A stretch of DNA of 64,000 nt, taken from the NCBI GenBank assembly GCA_964472865.1, contig CAYYLP010000005.1:2640-66639 (forward strand). Reading direction: 5' to 3'. The first letter of the stretch is position 1; every line of letters starts with the position of its first letter. Below the pieces are notes generated by a model, which worked only from the letters and a program-made list of their open reading frames with translations, was not told the origin of the DNA and did not search any database. The position numbers and the translations under genes are program-made. This DNA comes from an uncultured Ruminococcus sp. (GTDB lineage Bacteria; Bacillota; Clostridia; Oscillospirales; Acutalibacteraceae). Positions 1 to 8,652 of this stretch are shown here, piece by piece.

Positions 1-2971
1 TGATTTTTGCGGTTGTATTTGCCGCAACGCTTCGTGCATAAGAAACCTTGAGCTGACCGATGCCGTCATCCGCGGCACCGATAACAATTTTTGCTCCGCT
101 TTCTATAACGGAATATGACGTTGCCGTGGTTCCGTTGCCGCCCGTAAATGAATCATTAACAAAATCAAGCAGAACATTTGATGCATCCGTACCCTCAACC
201 TCATAGGTGATGACATAGGTGCTGTTCGCCTTTAAGTTGACATAAAGCGGAAGAAGCTGCCTTTGGTCATAGGTGCTTGAATTGTACTGTGAGGTTACGG
301 TGAAATCCATATTTGAGCTTACGGAATAGCTCATACCCATCTTATCGGTTCTTGTTGCCGTAAATGAAAGCGGATACTGTGTTGAGGTTTGAATATAAAG
401 CTCATTCCTGTTCGTTTTGCTAAGGCAAATATCGCTGATCATTATCTTCTGACCGTCTCTTGCACCGCCGAGAAGCTCAAGTCTGAGATAAGCTGTTCCC
501 TTATCCACTGCATTAGTGACTATTGTAGAAGCACTGCCGTCAAACTGATAGAAGGATGAGCTTTCACCGTTACCACCGGTAAAGCTTTCGCCGTAGAGGG
601 AAAGTGAAACATTTGCCGCATCCGTTCCCGTAACCTTATAGCTGAGCTTATACTCCGTTTTTCCTTCAAGCTCTGCTGCATAAGGCAGGAATTGATACTT
701 TGCGAGAGTGGTTTCCTCCGAGGTCCATGCGGTAACATCGTTGCCCTCAACGATATAGTTGAAATCGGTTTCTACCAACGGATCTGCCGAATAGGTTGGG
801 AAGCCCATTCCGCCGATTAAGGGGAAATTCTCATTGATAATGTGAAGATAGTTGTAATCACCGCTTCTGGGGTCAATGATAGCGGAATATTCAAGCTGGA
901 GATAAAGAAAGGTGTACTGAACGGTGGAGGTCTTGGTTGCAAAGCCAACATTAAAGCTCGAATCCTCCGTGCCGATAAGCGAGGAATAATCCTCACCTGT
1001 TTTTGTACCTACCTTTTTGAGACCGGTGCAGGCACCGACATAGCTGTAGCCTTTAAACTCTATAGCCTTGAAATCAATGCTCTGTCCGTATGAAAATCTC
1101 TTTGTTGCATCGGGTACATTGTCGCCTGTTTCAAGGTCGTAAACCTCGGTGAGCTTATAACCGGAGGCGGTCTTGCTCAAGGTGAGGAAGCGAACCGTTG
1201 CAGTGGAGGAAATCTTTTCCTCCGACGAAATCTGTGAAATAACGGAATCAAGCTCGGAAACAATCGTTGAAAGATTGTAGCCGGAAACCGACATGGTTGA
1301 GCTGAGCTCCATATTGGCAAGCATTCTGCCGGCAAGCTTATAGAGTGTTGTAAATTTTGACCAGCTTGCGCAATTGTAATATGTACTCGAACCATCAAGC
1401 TTCAAGCCGAATTTTGCAACAAGGCTCGTAGCTCTTGTGACAATTTCACGAAGCTCTTCCTTATTTGTTTGAGTAACAACAATAGGCATAACGGCTACAT
1501 TGGTGATTCTGTCGCCGCTTTGAACATTGTGATAACAGGTTCTGAAATTGTATGTGTTTACGCCGTTTGACGTGCTGAGGAGCTGAATGTTAAGACCTCC
1601 GTTGTACTTAACGCCGCCGGCTTGATATTTGCCTTTATTGTCAAAATCGCCCTGACTTGCAATAATGGACTTATAATTCCAGAACATCTCGGAGGCCTTG
1701 CTGCTTCCGCCCTCCTTGCCCTTGTAGGCGGTGCTTCTGTCGGTTTTTCCGGTGCCGTCCGCAACATACCATGCACCCTTTTCCGAGGAATCGTCATCGG
1801 TAACCAAAAGTCCGCCGGAGACATTGGGAATTTGGTTGAGGTTTGTGTAACGGCTGACATCAACCGTCATTCGAGAGGTCGGAGCTGTTGCAAGGTTGTA
1901 AACCGAATAGGTCTTCATCGTTCCGCCCTCACTGCAATCGGAATAAACCATGGATTTTACGGGCAAATATTGGCTGCCGTCGGAAGTAATCCAGCCGACC
2001 GCACTCTCTTTATACGGGTCACTGTAATAAAAATATCCCTCTGACTGGTTGGCATTTGCGAATTGAGCATAATAATTCGTTTCCGTCACGCCAACCTTAA
2101 CGCCCTTGGGGTTTGTTGATGAGAAAGGAAGAAGGCTCTTGCTGCCGAGTGATGCCTTGGGATAATCCGTACCGGTTGAATCAACGCTGTGAACACCGGA
2201 TACCCATCCAATATCCTGTCCGAAATGGCTTGAATCTGCCCAGTTCTTTGTACGGTGAACAACACCCGCCGGCTGAATATAGGGCTTGTAAACATAGGTA
2301 TACGCATAAGCTACCTTTGTCTGACCGTCAAGCTTATCGACAAATGTGGCTCTCCATTCGATGTAGCAGCCTCTTGTCGAAGCAAGAAGATACGGCGAAA
2401 TACTTTCGTTAGTAAGCATCGTATTGATTTTATTGCCCTCAACGGTATAGTAGGTGTATGTGCTTGAGCCGCTTGAATTCAACGCTCTCAACGGAGTGGA
2501 ATAAGTCGAAAATTTTACCGAACAGCTTGAATTGACGTAGTTTGCGGAATCATTTTTGACAGATGAGCTTGTGTAAGCAATCATATCCGTAAAATCGCTG
2601 TTCAAATACTTGTAAGAAATAGTAACCTTGCTTGCATTTTCATAATAGAAATAGAAGTTACCCTCCGCATTTTCGCCCTTTCTCGGGGTTGCAAGCTTGG
2701 TTTCCTCATTAAATTCGGAATCGACAAACCATTGGAAATTGTATTTATCCTGTGCCGTTCGTTCCGAAATCGAGGGTTCAAGATAAACCTGCTCCGGCGC
2801 AAAGAAATACACGTCGGGTATGGTGTTGTCGGATACCGTGATAGCAGCGCTGACATCGACCGCAGAGCCGAAAAGCACACCGATATCAAAGCAAATGAAT
2901 GTTGTAAGCATGAGGGTCAATGTAAGAAGCACGGAAAGAAGCTTTTTGCCCCTCATAATGGTCTTTTTCAT
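1..2971 (-). CDS. Large secreted protein; N-terminus complete, C-terminus runs off the left window edge (>990 aa); function unknown
   Basis: Absent from the ORF track because it stays open to position 1. Hand translation from ATG 2971-2969 gives MKKTIMRGKKLLSVLLTLTLMLTTFICFDIGVLFGSAVDVSAA (signal-peptide-like), preceded by AAGGAGG. All listed minus-strand ORFs in 1-3000 sit in one other frame. A repeated module ...SFTGGNG... was translated at about 130-180 and 545-600. Confidence 0.7.
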   Translation of the reverse strand, partial: MKKTIMRGKKLLSVLLTLTLMLTTFICFDIGVLFGSAVDVSAAITVSDNTIPDVYFFAPEQVYLEPSISERTAQDKYNFQWFVDSEFNEETKLATPRKGENAEGNFYFYYENASKVTISYKYLNSDFTDMIAYTSSSVKNDSANYVNSSCSVKFSTYSTPLRALNSSGSSTYTYYTVEGNKINTMLTNESISPYLLASTRGCYIEWRATFVDKLDGQTKVAYAYTYVYKPYIQPAGVVHRTKNWADSSHFGQDIGWVSGVHSVDSTGTDYPKASLGSKSLLPFSSTNPKGVKVGVTETNYYAQFANANQSEGYFYYSDPYKESAVGWITSDGSQYLPVKSMVYSDCSEGGTMKTYSVYNLATAPTSRMTVDVSRYTNLNQIPNVSGGLLVTDDDSSEKGAWYVADGTGKTDRSTAYKGKEGGSSKASEMFWNYKSIIASQGDFDNKGKYQAGGVKYNGGLNIQLLSTSNGVNTYNFRTCYHNVQSGDRITNVAVMPIVVTQTNKEELREIVTRATSLVAKFGLKLDGSSTYYNCASWSKFTTLYKLAGRMLANMELSSTMSVSGYNLSTIVSELDSVISQISSEEKISSTATVRFLTLSKTASGYKLTEVYDLETGDNVPDATKRFSYGQSIDFKAIEFKGYSYVGACTGLKKVGTKTGEDYSSLIGTEDSSFNVGFATKTSTVQYTFLYLQLEYSAIIDPRSGDYNYLHIINENFPLIGGMGFPTYSADPLVETDFNYIVEGNDVTAWTSEETTLAKYQFLPYAAELEGKTEYKLSYKVTGTDAANVSLSLYGESFTGGNGESSSFYQFDGSASTIVTNAVDKGTAYLRLELLGGARDGQKIMISDICLSKTNRNELYIQTSTQYPLSFTATRTDKMGMSYSVSSNMDFTVTSQYNSSTYDQRQLLPLYVNLKANSTYVITYEVEGTDASNVLLDFVNDSFTGGNGTTATSYSVIESGAKIVIGAADDGIGQLKVSYARSVAANTTAKI

Positions 2972-3176
2972 ATTCATCCTCCTTAAAGATAAAAATATCT
3001 GCCCATCTTTCGATAATTATATCATCTGACCGTTGAATAGTCAACAAAATTCTACTTTTTAGGATAAATGTATAAAAATATCATTTTTGATTTGTTTAAA
3101 AAATATAATTTTTGTTAACAAAAGTGAATAAAAAAATTTTGTTGGGAAAAAATATGCCTGTAAAACATTTTGGGAG

Positions 3177-3407
3177 ATGAAGAATATGATTGACAAGATC
3201 TCGTTAATTTTAGTAATCATCGGTGCTATCAACTGGGGCTCAATCGGTCTTTTTAAGTTTGATATTGTCGGCTGGATTTTCGGCGGACAGGATGCAATTG
3301 TCAGCCGAATAATCTTTACGGTTGTTGCACTTGCCGGAATCTGGTGCATTTCAATGCTTTTCAGGGACAGAACGGAGCTTGAAGTCGGCACAACGATGGA
3401 TGAATAA
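3177..3407 (+). CDS. DUF378-type small membrane protein
   Basis: 76-aa ORF with two hydrophobic helices and the IGAINWGSIGLF motif typical of DUF378 (YuzA-like) proteins. The GGGAG RBS fits the internal ATG at 3186 slightly better. Confidence 0.75.
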   Translation: MKNMIDKISLILVIIGAINWGSIGLFKFDIVGWIFGGQDAIVSRIIFTVVALAGIWCISMLFRDRTELEVGTTMDE

Positions 3408-3415
3408 GAGATCGG

Positions 3416-3460
3416 AGATCGCAAAGCATTTTCGCAAAAATGTTTTGCGATCTGTTTATT
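3416..3460 (+). terminator. Rho-independent terminator after the DUF378 gene
   Basis: 17-bp stem (3416-3432 pairs with 3437-3453, one G-U), 4-nt loop, then a T-rich tail GTTTATT. Confidence 0.8.
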
Positions 3461-3487
3461 GACAAAGCTTTTTCTTGGCTGTATAAT
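3459..3487 (+). promoter_or_regulatory. Sigma-A type promoter for the phosphoesterase gene
   Basis: TTGACA 3459-3464, 17-nt spacer, TATAAT 3482-3487. Confidence 0.7.
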
Positions 3488-3593
3488 AATTGTATAATAC
3501 AGGCATAAAGTAATCGAAAATTTTCGGTTGTAAAGGCTGATTTTCGCTGACACTGCGTTAAAAGCCTCGCAATGCCTGAGCGTGAGGTGCGTT

Positions 3594-4751
3594 ATGGAAA
3601 AAGAAGCTCTGCGTTTTAAAAACGGCAAATTTAAAATTATGCTTTTGGGTGATCTGCACGACAGATACGATATGAGTGCGAACAACGCCATCGGCAAGGC
3701 CGAGGATACTCTCGCCCTTATCGGCAAGGCAGTCGAGGAGCTGAAGCCCGACCTTGTTATTTATATGGGCGATAATGCCAAAGCGGATAATGAGCATCAG
3801 ATGCGCTCGGTTATCAGCCGAATAACCTACCCCGTTACCATAAGCGACACTCCCTTTGACCTTGTTTTCGGCAATCATGACCGTGAGTGCGGTGTCGATT
3901 TGCCGACTCAATTGAAGATTTATTCCGAAAATGAGAATTGCTATGCCTTTGACACACAGGAGGATATCGAGGGCTGCGGCAATCATAATCTTCTGATAAA
4001 ATCAAGCGACGGAACAAGAGATATACTTAACCTTTGGTTCTTTGACAGCAACAGCCTTTCCCACGATCGCTCCGTTTCATATTACGATTGGGTACACACC
4101 AATCAAATTGAATGGTATAAAAAAACAGCACTGGAGCTTGCCGAGAAAAACGGCGGTAAGCCCCTCCCTTCACTTGTTTTTCAGCATATTCCCGTACCAG
4201 AGGAATACAAGCTTTTGAGAGAGGCGAAAGCAAGCGAAAGACTTGACAGCGTTCAGGGACACAGAAGCTATAACGACAAATTCTATAAGCTCAAGACCGA
4301 GGTTGAAGGCTATCTCGGTGAGGGTCCCGCTGTTCCCGACTACAACAGCGGAGAATTTGCCGCTTGGAAAGATATCGGTGACGTTCTCGGAGCCTTCTTC
4401 GGTCACGACCATATGAACGATTTTGCGGGCTATGTTGACGGAATAATGCTCGCACAGTGCAAAACCGCCGGCTTCAATGTCTACACCGACGGCTGCCGCA
4501 GCGGCGTAAGACTGATAACCCTTGATGAAAACAATCTTGAAAATTTTCAAACACGAATGTATCACTTCAAGGATTTCAAGCTCAAATGCAGATGTCTTGA
4601 CCCGTATATGCGTAATGTATCCGACCGGCAGGATATGAAGCTCAAAATCGCAGGTGCGGCACTCGGCTCAATCGCCGCATTGACGGTTGCGGCAATCGTG
4701 ATAAAAAACTCCTCAAAAAAATCCTCCGAGAAAAAGAAGAAAAAGAATTAA
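3594..4751 (+). CDS. Calcineurin-like metallophosphoesterase, C-terminally membrane anchored
   Basis: Motifs LGDLHD, MGDNAKAD, FGNHD and FGHDH; C-terminal hydrophobic helix followed by a Lys-rich tail. The track ORF starts at GTG 3582; ATG 3594 has a GAGGTG RBS. Confidence 0.8.
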   Translation: MEKEALRFKNGKFKIMLLGDLHDRYDMSANNAIGKAEDTLALIGKAVEELKPDLVIYMGDNAKADNEHQMRSVISRITYPVTISDTPFDLVFGNHDRECGVDLPTQLKIYSENENCYAFDTQEDIEGCGNHNLLIKSSDGTRDILNLWFFDSNSLSHDRSVSYYDWVHTNQIEWYKKTALELAEKNGGKPLPSLVFQHIPVPEEYKLLREAKASERLDSVQGHRSYNDKFYKLKTEVEGYLGEGPAVPDYNSGEFAAWKDIGDVLGAFFGHDHMNDFAGYVDGIMLAQCKTAGFNVYTDGCRSGVRLITLDENNLENFQTRMYHFKDFKLKCRCLDPYMRNVSDRQDMKLKIAGAALGSIAALTVAAIVIKNSSKKSSEKKKKKN

Positions 4752-4762
4752 AATGCATAAAC

Positions 4763-4797
4763 TATGACCGAGACCGAGCTCTCGGTCATAATTTTTT
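4763..4797 (+). terminator. Rho-independent terminator
   Basis: TATGACCGAG (4763-4772) pairs with CTCGGTCATA (4781-4790), followed by a T-run 4792-4797. Confidence 0.8.
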
Positions 4798-4810
4798 CGA
4801 CGGTGATGAT

Positions 4811-5740
4811 ATGCTGATGTCATTTGACGGAATAACGCATAATATAAAATATAACGAGATAACAAGCTCAGATTTCAGTGTCGGTATTATTTCAAAGGGC
4901 GAATTTGATTTGCACTATGTCGAGCTCGGAATTGACCCGATTGACAAAAGCTTATTTGAGCTTGATGCCGATTCCTTCAGAGGCTCGGTAATCAATGTCG
5001 GCAACGGAGTTTGCTTTTCGCTCAAGGTGATAAATGTTGACAGCTCGGACAAAGCGGAAAGCCGCTGCTGCATTTACATCAAGGAAAGGCTTGTGCTGAT
5101 TATCGTTACGGAGGACGAAAACAATGTCTTGCGAAAAATATTTTATAACACCGTCAATTCATTTAGATCGGAAACGGCTTACGTTGAAAAATTCATCGGT
5201 GCATTTTTTAATTTTCTCCTCGAAAACGACGGCAGAAAAGCAGAACAAACCGAGCTTAGCATAAATGAGCTTGAGGAGGAAATTGTCAACGACAGCGGCG
5301 GAACAAACATAAATGAACAAATCCTGAGGTACAATAAAAAGCTTATGCTTTTGCGAAATTATTACGAGCAGCTTGTGGAGATTAATGAGCAGCTTTGCGA
5401 AAACGAAATATTCGATTCACACAGAACAAATTATTTCAAAACTGTTCGGGATAAGGCGGCACGTCTCTGTGGCGAAATTAATTTGCTCAGGGAAAATCTG
5501 GTTAGGCTCAGGGAGGCGTATCAATCTCGGCTCGATATGAAAATGAACAGCACAATGAAGCTTTTTACCGTTATTACGGCGATTTTTTTACCCTTGACTC
5601 TGATAACGGGTTGGTACGGTATGAACTTTGCCGATATGCCGGAGCTGACCTCGCCACACGGCTACCCTGCCGTAATTGCGGTGAGCATTTCGGTAGTTTT
5701 GATTTGTATTTTTGTTTTTAAAAAGAAAAAGCTTCTTTAA
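4811..5740 (+). CDS. corA: CorA-family Mg2+/Co2+ transporter
   Basis: 309 aa with two C-terminal TM helices and the GWYGMNF (GMN) signature. Confidence 0.85.
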   Translation: MLMSFDGITHNIKYNEITSSDFSVGIISKGEFDLHYVELGIDPIDKSLFELDADSFRGSVINVGNGVCFSLKVINVDSSDKAESRCCIYIKERLVLIIVTEDENNVLRKIFYNTVNSFRSETAYVEKFIGAFFNFLLENDGRKAEQTELSINELEEEIVNDSGGTNINEQILRYNKKLMLLRNYYEQLVEINEQLCENEIFDSHRTNYFKTVRDKAARLCGEINLLRENLVRLREAYQSRLDMKMNSTMKLFTVITAIFLPLTLITGWYGMNFADMPELTSPHGYPAVIAVSISVVLICIFVFKKKKLL

Positions 5741-5743
5741 CGC

Positions 5744-5772
5744 TTGACAAAACAAAAACAAAGTGATATAAT
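5744..5772 (+). promoter_or_regulatory. Sigma-A promoter of the asnS leader
   Basis: TTGACA 5744-5749, 17-nt spacer, TGaTATAAT extended -10 ending at 5772. Confidence 0.75.
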
Positions 5773-5778
5773 CCCCTC

Positions 5779-6049
5779 ATATTGAAAAGCGATGATTAAG
5801 AGAAGTAGTACAGGAGATCGTTTTCAGTGAGCGGCAGAGAGTGTGAACGCCGTAAAAGAGTCTGTATGAATAACACTTAGGAGCTTCAAGCTGAACATTA
5901 CGCTTTTGCGTGGTTATTAGGTGCGACGTTGACACAGCGTTAAGGTGTATGGCTTATTAGAGCCGTTAAGGGACTCGCAAGAGTAATTTAGGTGGTACCG
6001 CGGATACAAGGCTATTCGTCCTATGCTTTAAGGACGAATAGCCTTTTTT
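5779..6049 (+). promoter_or_regulatory. T-box leader (Asn specifier) with terminator/antiterminator
   Basis: Conserved T-box sequence AATTTAGGTGGTACCGCG at 5985-6002. Terminator stem AGGCTATTCGTCCT/AGGACGAATAGCCT (6009-6044) plus a T-run. AGAGA/GTGAA stem I motifs. Candidate specifier AAC at 5872-5874 matches the downstream asnS. Confidence 0.85.
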
Positions 6050-6086
6050 GTTCGTCAAATCATTTTCCAAAAGGAGAATTTTTATT

Positions 6087-7460
6087 ATGAAGCACACCGA
6101 TATCAAAGCAATTTTGACCGATGCAGACTACATCAATACCGATGTTACCGTTTGCGGATGGGTAAGAACCTCCAGAGATTCCAAAAATATGGCTTTCATC
6201 GAGCTTAACGACGGAACCTCTCTCAAGCATCTTCAAATAGTTATTGACAAGTCAAAGCTCAGTGATATTTCCGCCTTTATGCCCGGCGGCACGGCAATTA
6301 TGGTTAAGGGTACGGTTGTCAAGGGTGCTGTCAGCAGTGCCGTTGAAATCAACGCAGAGGAAATCAGCCTTCTCGGTACTTGCCCGGGCGATTATCCGCT
6401 TCAGAAGAAGCGCTGCTCACTCGAATTTCTCCGCACAATTCCGCACCTCAGAGTAAGAACCAACACCTTTAATGCGGTGTTCAGAGTTCGTTCCGTTGCG
6501 GCAGCGGCAATTCACAGTTTTTTCCAGATGAATAATTTTGTTTATATCAATACTCCCCTGCTCACCGCCTCCGACTGTGAGGGTGCAGGTGAGGTCTTTA
6601 AGGTAACAACCATCGGCTATTCCGATAAATACAAGAATGAAGAAGAATATTATGCCGACGATTTCTTCGGCAAGAGAGCCGGACTTTCCGTTTCCGGTCA
6701 GCTTGAGGGTGAGGTTGCCGCAATGGCAATGGGTAAGATTTATACCTTCGGCCCCTCCTTCCGTGCCGAAAAGAGTAATACCCAGCGCCACGTTGCCGAA
6801 TTTTGGCACGTTGAGCCCGAAATCGCCTTTGCCGAGCTTGACGATATCATCGAGGTTGCGGAGGCTATGATTAAATACGTCATCAAGGACGTTATGGACA
6901 AATGCCCGTCCGAGCTTGAATTTTTTGAAAAATTCTTTGAAAAGGGACTTCGTGAAAAGCTTGAAAAGATTGTCGGCGGCGATTTTGAAAGAATCACCTA
7001 CACAAAAGCAATTGAGCTTCTTGAGGAAGCCGATGTTGATTTCCAATATCCCGTTGAGTGGGGCTGCGACCTTGCAACGGAGCATGAAAGATACATCACC
7101 GAGCAGGTATTCAACAAGCCTGTCTTTGTCACCGATTACCCCAAGGAGATTAAGTCCTTCTATATGAAGCAGAATCCCGATGGAAAGACCGTTGCCGCAA
7201 CCGATTTACTCGTTCCGGGCGTCGGTGAAATCATAGGAGGAAGTCAGCGTGAGGAAAACCTTGACAAGCTGCTCAACGCAATGAATGAAAGAGGAATGAC
7301 ACAGGACGAATACAGCGATTATCTTGACCTGAGAAAATTCGGCTCTGTGCCTCACGGCGGCTTTGGTCTCGGCTTTGAAAGAATACTTATGTATATGACG
7401 GGTATGAGCAACATCCGCGATGTTCAGCTCTATCCCCGTACAGTCGGAAATATCCGATAA
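6087..7460 (+). CDS. asnS: Asparagine--tRNA ligase
   Basis: Class IIb aaRS motifs: FRAEKSNTQRHVAEFWHVEPEIAF, GGSQRE, GFGLGFERILMY. ATG 6087 has an AAGGAG RBS; the track start 6048 lies inside the T-box terminator. Confidence 0.9.
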   Translation: MKHTDIKAILTDADYINTDVTVCGWVRTSRDSKNMAFIELNDGTSLKHLQIVIDKSKLSDISAFMPGGTAIMVKGTVVKGAVSSAVEINAEEISLLGTCPGDYPLQKKRCSLEFLRTIPHLRVRTNTFNAVFRVRSVAAAAIHSFFQMNNFVYINTPLLTASDCEGAGEVFKVTTIGYSDKYKNEEEYYADDFFGKRAGLSVSGQLEGEVAAMAMGKIYTFGPSFRAEKSNTQRHVAEFWHVEPEIAFAELDDIIEVAEAMIKYVIKDVMDKCPSELEFFEKFFEKGLREKLEKIVGGDFERITYTKAIELLEEADVDFQYPVEWGCDLATEHERYITEQVFNKPVFVTDYPKEIKSFYMKQNPDGKTVAATDLLVPGVGEIIGGSQREENLDKLLNAMNERGMTQDEYSDYLDLRKFGSVPHGGFGLGFERILMYMTGMSNIRDVQLYPRTVGNIR

Positions 7461-7501
7461 CTCCCATAACTAATTTTATTCAACGAAAGGAATGACACCA
7501 T

Positions 7502-8509
7502 ATGAGAGGATTGCAAACAGTGGACGGCTACCGCTCCGTCCTTACACTCAGAGAAACACAAAAAGCAATAAAGCTCGTTAAGGACACCTTTGCGGGCGAG
7601 CTTGCTTCGGCACTTAACCTCGAAAGAGTCAGCGCCCCCTTTATTGTAAAAAAAGGCAGCGGAATTAACGACGACCTCAACGGTGTCGAGCGCAAGGTAG
7701 AGTTTGATATCAAGGAGATTGAGGGTACAGCGGAAATAGTTCAATCGCTTGCCAAGTGGAAAAGAACCGCACTCAAGGCCTACGGCTACGGCATCGGTGA
7801 GGGACTTTACACCAATATGAACGCTATTCGCCGTGATGACGATTGCGACAATGTTCACTCAATCTTTGTTGACCAGTGGGATTGGGAGCGTGTGATTTCC
7901 GAGGAGGACAGAACCGTTGAATTCCTTAAAGAAACTGTAAGAAAGATAGTCAAGGCTATAGACAACACTCAAAAGCTTGCTCACAAGACTTTTCCTCAGC
8001 TCAAGAAGGAGCTCGCAACCGAGGTCTATTTCATCACAACACAGGAGCTTGAGGATATGTATCCGGATAAAACGCCGAAGGAGAGAGAGGATATCATCGC
8101 AAAGGAAAAGGGCGTTGTGTTCGTAATGCAAATCGGTGACCTGCTTAAAAGCGGTATCAAGCACGATGGCAGAGCACCGGACTACGACGACTGGGCTCTC
8201 AACGGCGACCTCCTTTATTGGAACGAAACCTTGCAAAGAGCCTTTGAGGTTTCGTCAATGGGCATCCGTGTTGATGCCAAGAGTCTTGAATATCAGCTCA
8301 ATGCCGCAAACGCACAGGACAGAATGAAGTACGAATATCACAAGGGAATCGCAAGCGGCAGTCTCCCGCTTACAATCGGCGGCGGAATCGGTCAATCGAG
8401 ATTGAGTATGCTCATACTCGAAAAGGCTCACATCGGTGAGGTTCAGGTTTCGCTTTGGCCCGAAAAAATGGTTGATGACTGCAAAGCAAACGGAATTAAC
8501 CTGCTTTAA
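7502..8509 (+). CDS. asnA: Aspartate--ammonia ligase (asparagine synthetase A)
   Basis: 335 aa with AsnA hallmarks SLAKWKR, VDQWDWERV, RAPDYDDW, SSMGIRVDA and TIGGGIGQSRL. Confidence 0.9.
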   Translation: MRGLQTVDGYRSVLTLRETQKAIKLVKDTFAGELASALNLERVSAPFIVKKGSGINDDLNGVERKVEFDIKEIEGTAEIVQSLAKWKRTALKAYGYGIGEGLYTNMNAIRRDDDCDNVHSIFVDQWDWERVISEEDRTVEFLKETVRKIVKAIDNTQKLAHKTFPQLKKELATEVYFITTQELEDMYPDKTPKEREDIIAKEKGVVFVMQIGDLLKSGIKHDGRAPDYDDWALNGDLLYWNETLQRAFEVSSMGIRVDAKSLEYQLNAANAQDRMKYEYHKGIASGSLPLTIGGGIGQSRLSMLILEKAHIGEVQVSLWPEKMVDDCKANGINLL

Positions 8510-8517
8510 ACAAATTA

Positions 8518-8553
8518 CCTTCGCCTCTGTTCAAGGGGGCGAAGGATTTTTTT
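8518..8553 (+). terminator. Rho-independent terminator after asnA
   Basis: CCTTCGCC (8518-8525) pairs with GGCGAAGG (8538-8545), then a T-run 8547-8553. Confidence 0.8.
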
Positions 8554-8594
8554 CAAAAAAATTACATATTTACAGTTTATTTAATTTTGATTTC

Positions 8595-8624
8595 TTGACT
8601 TTACTATATATAATATTGTATAAT
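8595..8624 (+). promoter_or_regulatory. Probable promoter of the citrate synthase gene
   Basis: TTGACT 8595-8600, 18-nt spacer, TATAAT 8619-8624 in an AT-rich intergenic region. Confidence 0.5.
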
Positions 8625-8652
8625 AATCTGAAAATACTATGGTGGTGAAAAA

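Noticed and set aside
1622-2044. 140-aa plus-strand ORF, and the other short ORFs listed in 520-3029.
   Set aside because: All lie inside the long edge-truncated minus-strand ORF (1-2971), which has a signal peptide, an RBS and an internal repeat structure. The short ORFs are shadow frames.
3059-3727. 222-aa minus-strand ORF spanning the DUF378 gene, its terminator and the phosphoesterase promoter.
   Set aside because: It runs antisense through an AT-rich intergenic region, a strong terminator and a consensus promoter. Its composition is low-complexity Ile/Lys/Phe/Ser, and the plus-strand genes have good RBSs and recognisable motifs.
6048-6086. N-terminal extension of asnS (track start at 6048, MFVKSFSKRRIFI...).
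   Set aside because: The extension begins inside the T-box terminator/T-run and has no RBS. ATG 6087 has AAGGAG at the correct spacing and gives the usual MKHT... AsnRS N-terminus.
6417-7085. 222-aa antisense ORF inside asnS.
   Set aside because: It is a shadow ORF opposite a confidently identified gene, with no RBS or motif.
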